Below, one piece after another: positions 11,221 to 23,145 of a DNA stretch of 64,000 nucleotides. The stretch comes from Octopus bimaculoides (taxonomy: Eukaryota), in NCBI RefSeq assembly GCF_001194135.2, contig NC_068984.1:56803522-56867521 (forward strand), in the 5' to 3' direction. Under the pieces are notes generated by a model, which did no database searches, was not told where the DNA came from, and saw nothing but the letters and a program-made list of their open reading frames with translations. Each line of letters begins with the position of its first letter. The first letter of the stretch is position 1. The position numbers and the translations under genes are program-made.

Positions 11221-12184
11221 AACTGACTAATTATGAGAGGTGTAGCAAAATAGTTTTGCTTGGGAATTAAAAAGCCACTAATGCCTTACCCATTAAAATA
11301 ACAGTAATGATGATGATGATATTAATAAAAAGAAAATATCATTAGGAAGGTTCCTTTAGCAAAATATGCTTGCTTTCTGTGCTGTAAGTAAAAAATTATA
11401 CTTTGTTTTAATAACAGAAAGTTTGGAATTTTCTAGAGATTTCATACTCACTCTACCAAAGTGAAGATTAAAAGGTGGCATTAAATCATTGGAGATATCT
11501 TTTGCTTTCTCTCATTCCTTCTTTTTCATCCTCTTTTTCTCTTTTTCCATCAACTGTCTTGTGTGAAGATATGAATTTCTCATCTTTGGCACAAGGCCAT
11601 GAATCGATAGGGAAGAAGTGTAGTCCATTGCTGGAAAAGTCAATTCCCTGATGGGATTTGAACATAAAATAGAGAGATACAAAACTTCATAGTAAAATGC
11701 AATTATCCCATCTAATCACATTACTGCTTCTGTATCTCTACTGTGTGAAGACAAGAATTCTGAAGATATCAAATGTAGTAGTACTACTGAACGTAGAGAT
11801 TTCTAGTCTAATTATATCGTAAAACTATAAACTGAATATAATATCTTTCTTCACACTAATCATTAAAGTTAACTTAGGAATAGATCTAATCAACAAACAC
11901 TGATAAAAAAAATACTTGCACATCAAGCAGCATTCACCATCTGCAGATGAAAGTTGGAACAGAAGGTTTAATAAATTATTGTGTAAGATGTATAAGCGAT
12001 GATACCTAACATTTGGTTTATGCCTGATGGTATATTACATCAGGTTTAAAGAAAGTTATTTATAAGAAATACTCTTGAGTATTTTATATATTATTTAGTT
12101 GCTTGTATCAGCTCTCTTTTAGGTAAGAATTTGAAGGAAAAAAAAAATGGCATGTAAACTATATAAAATATTGTACTAGTTTAT

Positions 12185-12340
12185 ACATAATGGTAGAATT
12201 AACTTTATTATCATTCTCATCATCATTTTCATCAATATCATCATTAATATCATCAGAATATTCACAATTATGATTATCATCACCACTACCAATACTGTTA
12301 TTACTACCATAATTATCATTATCAGCATTCTTATTATGTT
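12185..12340. repeat. Degenerate (ATC/ATT/ACT)n trinucleotide tract
   Basis: Direct reading; source of the Ile/Met-rich minus ORF at 12176-12430. Confidence 0.9.
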
Positions 12341-12609
12341 CAATTGAGGAGATAGCAAGGGTTTTTTTATGACTGAAAATTCAGTCTGCAATAAGCCTTG
12401 GAAACTTCTTTTGTCAGACACTAGTGACAATAAAATTAGTAGTAAGCTGGTATAAGTTCAATTTCTACAGTTACCTAAAATGCATTTATTCCCATCTGAC
12501 TCACTAATTATATATCGGTATTAGACTGGTATTGATTATATTCTTACCTTTTTCATCATTATACTTTTGACCTGTTAATAAACAACACAAATGATTATTT
12601 TGCTTGTTA

Positions 12610-14390
12610 TCATTCTGGGGTCAGTAAAGTAAGTACCTGTCATGTATTGGGGTAGGTTTAATCAACTATTCCCTTCTTGAAAACATGTGGTCTTTGTGCA
12701 TCTATTATTATTATTGTAAGGGTAGTAGATTGGCTGATTTGTCAGGGTGTTTGGACCCTGGATTTAGCTGAGTTAAAATCCTGCTGAAATCAGTTATACC
12801 TTTCTTCCTTCTAGATTAGATGAAATAAAGTTCCAGTTAAATATTGGGGTTCACATTATCAACTGTTCTCCCTATCACTTAAATTGTTGGCCTTGTACCT
12901 ATGCCAGAAATTACTATTACCAAGCTAACAGAATTGCCAGTGGGTTGGACAAAATGTAGCAACATGTCTTCCACATCCATATGCTCTTAGTTCAAATCCT
13001 ACCAAGGTTATCTTTTGGGAGTTGATAAAATAACAAGTATTAGTCAAGTACTGGGGTTAATGTGATTGACTAACCCCTCCTCACTGAAACTGCTGGTCTT
13101 GTGCCAAAATTTGAAACCCTTCTTCTTCTCCTCCTCCTCCTCCTCCTGATGATGGTGGTGGTGGTGGTAGTGAGCTGGCTGAGCCATTAGCATGCTGGGC
13201 AAAATACTTTGCAGTGTTTCATCAATCTTTACAATCAGAGCTTAAATACAAGTACCAGTTGAAAACTAGGGTCGATGTAATCGATTCATCTCCTCCCCCA
13301 AAATTACTGCCCTTGTGCTAAGATTTGAAACCATTATTATGATTATTATTATTATAAAGGTGGTGAGCTAGCAGAATTGTTAGCACGCCAGGCAAAATGC
13401 TTAACAGTATTTTGCCTGACACTACATTGTGAGTTCAAATTCCGCTGAGGTTGGCTTTACCTTTCATCCTTTTGGGGTCGATAAATTAAGTACCAGTAAA
13501 GCACTGAGGTCGATGTTATCAACTAGTTCCCTCCCCAAAAATCTCAGGCCTCGTGCCTTAAGTAAAAAGGATTATTATTATTATCCTCATTATTGAGTCA
13601 AAAAATATGGATTGACAAAATTGTTAGAGCAGTTGGCAAAATGATTGTGGTATTTAATATAGCACTTTATGTCCTGTGTTAAAATTTCACTAATATCAAC
13701 TTGGCCCTTCAGTTTTCTTGAGGTGATAAAATAAAATACTAGTCAAGTATTAGGGTTGATATAAATGACCATTCCTCTCCTTAAAATCTATAGTTATTGT
13801 TGTGAAGGCAGTGGATTGGCAGAATCATTAGAGTGTTAGAAAATATATATATTTAGTTACAACTCTTTCCATTCCAAGTTCACCATGACCAACATTGCCT
13901 TTTATCTTTCTAGAGTTGCTGAAATAAAGTATCTGAGCTGGTATAATTGACTATAACTCTCCCTATTATTTAAGGGCTTTTATTCAAACTGAAGGGTATG
14001 GTTGATTTTGGTGGAATTTAAGTTCCAAACAAGTGCTATGCTAAATACCACAGAGCATTATTATTACTACTGCCAGACTGGTAGGTTAGCAGAATTAAAT
14101 TCTTCCAAGATAAGCTTCACTTTTCATCCTTCTGTGGTAGATAAAATAAAATACCATACTGGGGTTTATCTAATTGACTGCACCCCTCACTCAAGTTTCA
14201 AACCTCATGAAGGTAAGGGTGGTAGATTAGAAGAAACATAAGAATAATGGGAAAAAAATAAATGCTTTGTGGCATTGCATTTATTCAGATTCTTTATGTT
14301 CTGGTTTCAAATCCTACCAAGGTCAAGTTTGGGATCAGTAAAATAAATATTGGTCAAAGTACTGGGGTAGATGAAAAGTAAAGTTGACTT
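12610..14390 (+). mobile_element. Head-to-tail stack of about nine SINE family C copies
   Basis: About 200-bp units, each with an aagtacc/ctggggt-gat core and an ATT-rich tail; best-preserved unit at 13357-13583. Confidence 0.85.
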
Positions 14391-14497
14391 TGGCAGGATT
14401 TGAACTTAGGATGTAAGGAGCCTAAACAAATATTGCAAAGCATTGTTTCCAGAAGCCTAAATGATTCTCCTACTCCACCACTCTGAAGAAATTAATA

Positions 14498-14719
14498 CAA
14501 GGGGGTGCTGAAAAGTTCCTGGCTTTGGGTGAAAGAAAATACAGGAGGATTAGTTAATTATGATTTTATCCAACATATTCCCCACTCAGATTCACACACT
14601 TATTACAGTGGTCCTTCACTTCAGTCTTTCTAAGCCTTGTAAAAGAACTCAGAAAAGTTGGCTTCCATTCAAGCCTTTCATGATATTCTTAAAACCAGGA
14701 ACTTTCCAGCACCCTCTCA
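14498..14719 (+). mobile_element. mariner-type MITE
   Basis: TA|CAAGGGGGTGCTGAAAAGTTCCTGG ... CCAGGAACTTTCCAGCACCCTCTCA|TA: about 25-bp TIRs with TA TSDs. Confidence 0.9.
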
Positions 14720-16039
14720 TATCCTTATTAATGTGATAAAAGAAAATTAATATTTTATATTTGTATTTTTTTTTCTAATGTTAAAATTAGTATTTTCATA
14801 TTGTTTTTCATTTTAAATTAAAAAGAAATAATCTTAATGATTAAACTCTTAATGACATTTTTGTCAAAAGAAATTTATTAAGAAATAAATATATAAATAA
14901 AAATTAAAACACTTCATTAGAATTAGCTGTTCATTTACTGTGTGATAATTTGTTGTTGATTCCCTCAATAAGTTTGAATTTTTTAAAGGATTTCAGCATT
15001 CGAGATTGATTGATTAAATCGATTTATGAAAATCAGACACTGCAATGCATCAGATATTAGTCAGAATTTGAATGTAAGTTTGAAATTGCTTCAACCAAAT
15101 ATGAAAAGGAATAAATTGGTAGAGTTAAACACTGAAAAATAAAAATATATAAATAGAAAATATTGACAATAATAATAAAAAAAGAAACACATTTGGTCAA
15201 TGAAAATTAACCTTCAACAAAAAACAGTCAAAGTAAATTGTAAAATAAGACCTACCATGTCAGTGTAATTTTGTAAATAATTAGTGCTAATTGACTACAT
15301 CAGAAGGGAAAAAAATGTAAATAAAAACATTTAATTGATATTTTTTTTTACTTCTAAAGAATATTAAACTAAAAAACATCAAGTTCAGATTATTATTCAT
15401 TGAAATTGCTGACTTTCTCCTCCTCTCTTTTACTTTTAAACCAGAAGGAAAAAAAAAAAACCTGGAAAAAATATAAAAATGGAAACAAAGCAAAATATTC
15501 AATACAAGTTGAGATATAATGGCTATATTTTACATATCTGACGTTTTGGATTATATTATTTTGAGGGCCTTTTGAGAACACGACAATACATCTAATGCTA
15601 GTGCCATAATAAAATGCAGCCTGTCTAATTTGTGTAGTGGTTAGTGTAACAAAGGGCACCTAGCTTAAAAACCAAATTAGAAATGTAACATACAAGTGAG
15701 GCATGATGTATTTTGTGGTCTATAGGAGAGCAGTAGACCTCAATAAACTATTCACCCCTTACTAGCATGGAAAGTGAAAGTAAAGTTGCTGTTAGTGTTT
15801 TCTTCATACTTGGTTGAGAAAGGTTTCAGTATAGTAGTACAACTCTTAGCTAAACACTAAATTACTAATATGTAAAGGAGAAAACTGGAGCCTCTGATTG
15901 TCAAATATTAAGCTTCATATTTTCAAATGAATAAAATCTCATCATGTACAATGCAGCTATTTGTAACTTTTCAATTATTATGCTTAGTTTTTGCAATGTA
16001 ATGATTTCTTAAATTATTTCACATTTGATTATTTTAATT

Positions 16040-16264
16040 CAATTGCATTCAGATTACTCTTTCAAATGTAATGCCTATTTATTCACATTGTTTTTAATTA
16101 ATCCTTCATTAGCTCAGTTTCATGATTTCACTGCTGTGATTAATTTTTTTTTTAGTTTTAGAATGACATTGTAAGGTAGGTGTGAGAGGCCAGATCTGGC
16201 CAGTTTGAATAAAAAAACAAGCAGATAATATTTGGGTTGGATAGTTTAAATGCTATAGGGCTAA
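16040..16264 (-). mobile_element. piggyBac-like MITE, same family as 25416-25632
   Basis: Reverse complement shares ctctcacacctaccttacaatgtcattctaaaa and cattacatttga--gagtaatctgaatgc. Confidence 0.8.
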
Positions 16265-16904
16265 AGATAACCAAAACACAATGTTTGATTCTTTAATATC
16301 AATAAAGCTAATGATATTTTAAAAATTTAAATTATATATAACGTTCTTTGTTCTAAACGTTTTTATTTACATGTCCCTATTCAGGACCTCTTGATTGCAA
16401 AGCAAATTTTTTATTCATCTATACTATATCTAAATGAGCGAGAGGTATAGTTGATTGAATTGAACCAGTATGTTACTGGTATTCATTTTATTATATTTGC
16501 AGATATGAAAGGTTTTAATTTCTGGGCTGGATTTACGTATAGCAAAGCCGATGCTATTTGCCTATTTTTTAATGTTTTTTTTTCCTTTGACAAAACTGAT
16601 TTAACATGATAGAAAGAGAGAAAAAAAGACACTTTCCTTTGGAATAATCATCAAAGCTGAAATGGATAAAGTAAAATAGATATTTATGCTGCAAGAATAA
16701 ATCTGTCATTGATTTGAGAGCATTTGACTTCGTTACTTTATCTGAAACTATTCAAAACTAATTCCAGAAAATTTCTATTTATTGGAGAAAGCTATAGTAT
16801 GATGATAAGTACTGAGCACAGTAATTTACTACTTATGTGTGTGTGTGTGCGTGGCCACTAACGTTATTATTTTTATGAATAGTAGTGTTCATTTATATAT
16901 ATAT

Positions 16905-16911
16905 ATATCTA

Positions 16912-16997
<86 letters not shown>
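16905..16997. repeat. (ATCT)n followed by (TA)n, running into an assembly gap
   Basis: Direct reading; (TA)n resumes at 17503-17536. Confidence 0.98.
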
Positions 16998-17502
16998 NNN
17001 NNNNNNNNNNNNNNNNNNNNNNNNNNNNNNNNNNNNNNNNNNNNNNNNNNNNNNNNNNNNNNNNNNNNNNNNNNNNNNNNNNNNNNNNNNNNNNNNNNNN
17101 NNNNNNNNNNNNNNNNNNNNNNNNNNNNNNNNNNNNNNNNNNNNNNNNNNNNNNNNNNNNNNNNNNNNNNNNNNNNNNNNNNNNNNNNNNNNNNNNNNNN
17201 NNNNNNNNNNNNNNNNNNNNNNNNNNNNNNNNNNNNNNNNNNNNNNNNNNNNNNNNNNNNNNNNNNNNNNNNNNNNNNNNNNNNNNNNNNNNNNNNNNNN
17301 NNNNNNNNNNNNNNNNNNNNNNNNNNNNNNNNNNNNNNNNNNNNNNNNNNNNNNNNNNNNNNNNNNNNNNNNNNNNNNNNNNNNNNNNNNNNNNNNNNNN
17401 NNNNNNNNNNNNNNNNNNNNNNNNNNNNNNNNNNNNNNNNNNNNNNNNNNNNNNNNNNNNNNNNNNNNNNNNNNNNNNNNNNNNNNNNNNNNNNNNNNNN
17501 NN
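16998..17502. other. Assembly gap (505 N)
   Basis: N run flanked by (TA)n. Confidence 1.
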
Positions 17503-17539
<37 letters not shown>

Positions 17540-19284
17540 TGTGTATGTGTGTGTGTGCGCAAGCATGGCTCTATGAATACCAAGCTTACTTTGTAAACTA
17601 CAGGTTCTATGCCACTGTATAGCACCATGGGCAATCTTTAGGTCAACCAATGCTTTATGATTAGAATTAGTCGACAAAAACTGTATGGAAGCCTCTGTGT
17701 GTGTGTGTGGACATTCCATATTTTGCAAGACTATATCTGAGCAAAAATGATGAGGTAATGTTTGCGTTTTCTGTAAACAATGTGTATGTTTTGAAAGACC
17801 AGTGGCATACAAAATCCTTTACTATTAGTATTAATACCACTATTAATATTATTAGAAAGGTGAAGAAAATCTGTTTTGCCCATTGTTTATGTCTGGTGGA
17901 CAAGTGATGAAAATATCTGACATCTTTTGATTTTTTTAAGAAATTAGGAATTATACACCACATCCAGTAAAGAACTCAGCAAACTGTATGTTCATGTGTC
18001 TGCATGTAATGAGTAGAATTTATATTAAAAAAATGACTGTTGTTGGATTTTTTTAATTCTTTTTTAACAAAAAAAATAAATAAATAAATATTTGTACTTG
18101 GAGAAAAAAAGAGGGTGGAACCAAATCGGCCAGATGTCTTCCATTTGTACATGAGGCTTTCTTCTCTTATCTATCTTTAAGATACAAGTTTGTTTATGTG
18201 TGATGTTTAGCCCATGGTATATTCTGTGTTCTGAGGAATGTTTGTATCAGATTCCAAGATTAGAGATAGTATGTATGTTGAACAATCAAAGGATGGTTTT
18301 CAACCATCAATACATGTGTTTCAGATAAGCAAGTCACTAAATAATAGCAAGGATACTTTTATGCTAATGGTATTGAGTATTACAAAAGTGTTTTTATGGG
18401 AGAAAGAAGAGCAAATACTAGCTGTTAAAGAAACAAGTTTTATGTTGCATCTCTAAGTAAATTTCTACTTTGAATTGACCTTCAGTGCTGCTCATAGCAT
18501 TAGGATATTTTGAATAAAAGAATTCAATCTAAAAAGCCTCATATAACTCTGTTACTAATCAATGGAAAATTCTCGTCCTGTCTTTTTAAAAGGAAATTAT
18601 TTTATTTAGTTTGTCACTTTTCCATCACTCTACCATCACACCTCAATCACTCTATTTCTCTTGTTATACTCTTGCTCCCTGGCCCTGCTATTATCACTAT
18701 CTCTTCTATTCAGCTGCTCTTGGTCATACATCCTCAAACAAACTGAGATTTCACAGAGTTGGAAGGACCCTTAAGACTTGTCGAGCACATGGCCCTCTTT
18801 CTCTAGTGTTGGCACTATGATAAAATGTATCTGTTACTCTCTGTAAAATGGTTTGTGTTAAGAAGAGCATCTACTCATAGAAAGTTTGCCAATATTTGGA
18901 AAATGTATGAGTGACATGTACTCCTCTCCATAAGAACTGACTTGAACCTTCCAACCCACACTAGCATGGAAGCAGATGTAAAATGATGTGATGATGATAT
19001 CTATTTGTGGATGTATGAATATATGTAGGTAGGTAGATAGGTTAGGTATGTCTCTCAAGCATAGATAGATGTATATGTACAAGAAAGAGAGAGGTCTCTG
19101 AATTAGTTTTGGCTCTGGTCTCTGCTCATAAAACGTTTTTAAAATACATCTAGAGTTTACATTTTTTTATTTAGCTGCTGTAGTTAGTTAAACTTACATC
19201 TATGTAATAATCAGATCAACTTGTTAATGATATATTAGTTATTAAATTATTTTTGTGATCTCAGTATAAAGAAGATTAAAAAAT

Positions 19285-19705
19285 TTGCTTCCCAATCACT
19301 TGGTTTTGGGTTCAGTCCCACAGCATGGCACATTGTGCAAGTGCCTTCTATTATAGCCCCAGACTTAGGACTATAGTAGACAATTTGTTGTAAGTGTGTG
19401 TGTGTGTGTGTGCACACGTGTTCATGTGTGAGTCAGAGTGAGCTTGCAATTTTCCAGTTGTCATGTGTTTGCTCATTAGTTGTAAACAAAAATTGCATGT
19501 TTTGGTGTCATTTGTTTCCATATATCCATGTAGACATGTCTGAGTTGTTTGTTCAATAGGCTGGAAAATAATTACTTAACTTGGAAACCAGTGGGGTTTG
19601 GTGATAGGAAGAGCATCTGGCTATAGAAAACTCTGCTCCATCATACTCTTGTCTGACCCATGCAATCATGGAAAAGTAGACATAAAAACGACAAGGATGA
19701 TGCTT
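19285..19705 (+). mobile_element. SINE family A' (family A head and core, TGA-repeat tail), degenerate
   Basis: tttgcttcccaatcac...ggttcagtccca head; 3' end gacccatgcaatcatggaaaagtagac...gatgatg. Confidence 0.75.
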
Positions 19706-20218
19706 TTATACACACATACACACAACATGCATACATGCATGCATGCATTAATTAATTAATTAATTCTGAATGAGGAATATTTCATATTGTGTTTTTTACA
19801 TTGAAAGAAAGTATAGTAAGAGAAGTGCATTAGTGTCTTCATAGGAATAGATTTTCTGTCTGTTTTCTATTCATTTGTAATTTCTGTAGTTTAAAGTGCA
19901 TCTCACATAGCTATGCTATATCCACTGTGTATCAGCCCTTGCTGAATCAGCATTCTGCTGATGGATGTCCAATAATAGCGATATTCTGATTGGATATATT
20001 TGTTGGACTACAACTATTATCATGCTGCAATATTTTCGTTTCCTTTATATTTCTATACATTAAAGTTATACTACATTATGATGCCTTTCGTTTTATTATC
20101 AACAAGAATACTTCAAAAGATTTGGTTTTTCATAAAAAAGATATGCATATTATATTTAAGAAAGCCTTTCAGGACTGTACATGTATGTGTGTGCACAAGT
20201 TGCTCTCTCTCTCTCGCT

Positions 20219-20271
<53 letters not shown>

Positions 20272-20884
20272 ATATAAATGTCTGTGAGTAGGTAGTGTAT
20301 TTTGATTTATTATAACCTTTTTTGAAATTTGACTTTAAAATGAAGCTTATTTGATAAATTGAAGAGTTATCTTTTAGATCTTTCCATTTTTCTATATCTA
20401 TATTTCATTATTTTAGATCAAACATTATATCATCATGCCTTTTGATGGTCTACATGTTGTATGGACAGGAAAACAACAGAAGCAGTATAATTGGATAATA
20501 GAATTTTGGGGAAAAACATTCAAAGATGTGTTTGATGCTATTGAACACCTTTTTCTTTTTTTTTCAATGATTGAAGTAACAACACAGTATTATATTGATT
20601 TCCAATCACTATGTGGTTCTGACTTGCTGACTAGAACAAAAATTATTTTTGGCTGCATCAACAGGGTGAAATAATTTAAGCAAATATGAATGGTTGTATA
20701 AGTTTTGCTTATAAACATAATACTCAGTTGAGTCTGTGTAACATTTGTAAGTATAGAATGAATGACCTGTTGAATGAATGATGTTCATGGTGATGGCAAC
20801 AACAACTATGGCTATAAAAAAAAGAAGATTATACTGTCTTTCCTTGTTGTTTTTCACTATACACACATACACATCTTAGGTACA

Positions 20885-21290
20885 AAAATGGCTGTGTGGT
20901 TAAAAAGCTTGCTTCCCAACCATGTAGGTTCAGGTTCAGTTGTCTGCATTGTACCCTGGGCAAGTGTCTGCTAATGGAAACCCAGATTGACTAAAGTTGT
21001 GTGAGCAGATTTGATAGATGGAAACTGAAAGAAGCCCATTGTATATGTGTGCATTGTCATGACATCATATAGTTGTTGTGCATGAATGTCACTGTCATAC
21101 ACGTGTTATTCATTTCCAAGTATTTGTGGGAAACGTGCCTAGCCACTGGTGTGATGAAATATTACCTTCATGGAAAACAGGCAAGGATTAGCAACAGGAA
21201 GGACATCTGACTGTAGAAAATCTGCCTAAATTTGTTCTATCTAACCCATGCAAGTATGGAAAATGGATGTTGAAATGATGATGATGATAT
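20885..21290 (+). mobile_element. SINE family A' with TGA-repeat tail
   Basis: atggctgtgtggttaaaaagcttgcttcccaaccatg head; ggaaactgaaagaagccc core; aacccatgcaagtatggaaaatggatgttgaaatgatgatgatg tail. Confidence 0.8.
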
Positions 21291-22659
21291 ATATATAATC
21301 TAAAGATTTCTTTTTTTAGATAATTTATTGAAAAATGATCTAACAATTCTGATAACAGTTTGGCTTGAATACAAATACTTTAGGTGCACACTCATGCACA
21401 CACACACACACACGCACACGCACACACACACACACACACACACATAGTTATTACCATATGGTGGAACTGTATCAAATCCAAACAGGTTGATAAGTGACTA
21501 GCTAGCAGACTTAACTAAACTAATCTAATTTGGAATGGTTAAATATCTCTTTCCTCCTACATACTCAGTCCATAGCTGCAAGTGCAGTAGAAAGCATATG
21601 ACTGCAATCCATGCATAAAATATAAAATCATTTAAACTTTGCAGGAACAGTTTAACCTAGTAGAAATAACAGCCAATGTGCTGTTCCCTTGTGTTTGTTT
21701 TTCTCTCTCTCCTTACTCTATTGCTGGTACAATGATCTCTTTCTCTGAATTAGTTAGTTACATACTATATCTAACCAAGCTCACCTCACATTCTTCTCTC
21801 TCCTCCATTTGCCACTCCAGCTGTGTCTTGTTATTCATGTTGTGTACTAACCACTATGCTGAGTCTTTCCTTCCTATAATGTCAACTTTCGAGAATTCAC
21901 TCCTTGCACATATGCTTTCTCCAGGCATCAACTAACAGATGTTGAAGCTGAACATAAACTGCATTGATCTCACTAGTGTTGGAAGATATGTGAAGCACAT
22001 TGATACAACTATTTGCATTTGACTATGTCTTACAAGAACAAATAATTTCTGGGTTCTAGATGTAAAATTAGATCATTCATATATGTGATATAAATAGAAG
22101 TACAAAAAGCTAAGTTTAAATGTTTTGAAACCACCATGTTACTGTGAATCATTCAAATCTTTTATTTACTAATAATATCTTTAGTTATCAGTTCTGTTAG
22201 CAGTAATACATTTTGCATTAGCAGTAATACATTAGCATTAGCAGTAATATATTTTGTGAACTTAATGATTCTTATCATTGGCATCAGCTCTTATGAATTT
22301 TGAAATCGAGTATGGTTTATTGCAGCATTTTAATTCTTAATGTTAGTCAGTGCTGTTGTTGAATCCCAATTAGCCCTGAATAAGCAGATATATAATTAAA
22401 GATATTCAAGCATGAACATACCTACTGTTTTTTTTCAGCAAAGCAATGTATACTCCCATTTTTCAGATATTGCAGTTGATCTAAGATATAATTTTACTGC
22501 TGTTTCTAGCATAAACAATTTCATTGTTGTCTTTTAATGTTAGTCATGTATGTATGTCATAGAATTGGTACTCATCCTCAGCTAGGTTGACTGCGTTAAG
22601 CCTAAAGATTTCAGGTAATGCTTGATAGGAACCTATAATGTTTAAGTTAGTTATCTAAT

Positions 22660-23145
22660 GTCTTAACTACACAGCTGTAAACCATCTAAATAATGAGATA
22701 ATGGAGTATCTATGTAAACATTTGACCTACTAGAAATAGCTGTTAAATATTCCTGAGATCAAACCCTACTGCTTTAAAGTAAAAGGAAAGGACACATTGG
22801 GTATTATAGTCTACTTAAAAATGTATGGGGTGGTCATGGCTAGAATGCCTTTCAACATAGGTTTATATAGAGGTTGAGCAACAAAAAGAAAACTGGTTTT
22901 AGGATTTGACTTTGTTAGAAATAAAATAATTATGAAAAAAAGATTATTGTTTTGCTCAACAAGCAAGCCTATGATCAAAAGTGTCCCAGTCATGACTTTC
23001 CTATCTTTTTATTCAGATGTAATGTAACTAAGACAATATTATCTTGTGTGTTATTTCTCTTTTTAAGACAGAAGGATGTGATTTGAGGGAAATTTGACTG
23101 CTATTTCTAACAGGTCAAACAACCATAGGAGGCCAGCTCATTGGT
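22660..23145. mobile_element. Two family D copies in inverted tail-to-tail arrangement
   Basis: Sense copy about 22660-22878, antisense copy about 22952-23145; GTTGAGCA/TGCTCAAC at the inner ends. Confidence 0.7.

Noticed and set aside
11990-12050. Short hairpin cctgatg...catcagg with partial resemblance to miR-12
   Set aside because: The seed and 5' end do not match miR-12 and the stem is too short for a pre-miRNA.
16839-17812. ORFs of 227-285 aa
   Set aside because: Artefacts of the 505-N gap and the flanking TA/ATCT repeats.
20417-20674. Exon-like frame IKHYIIMPFDGLHVVWTGKQQKQYNWIIEFWGKTFKD after a ttattttag acceptor
   Set aside because: No convincing donor before a poly-T run and no recognisable homology; not supportable without expression data.
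22190-22260. Three copies of an approximately 20-bp TAGCAGTAATACATT unit
   Set aside because: Ordinary slippage-type local duplication.
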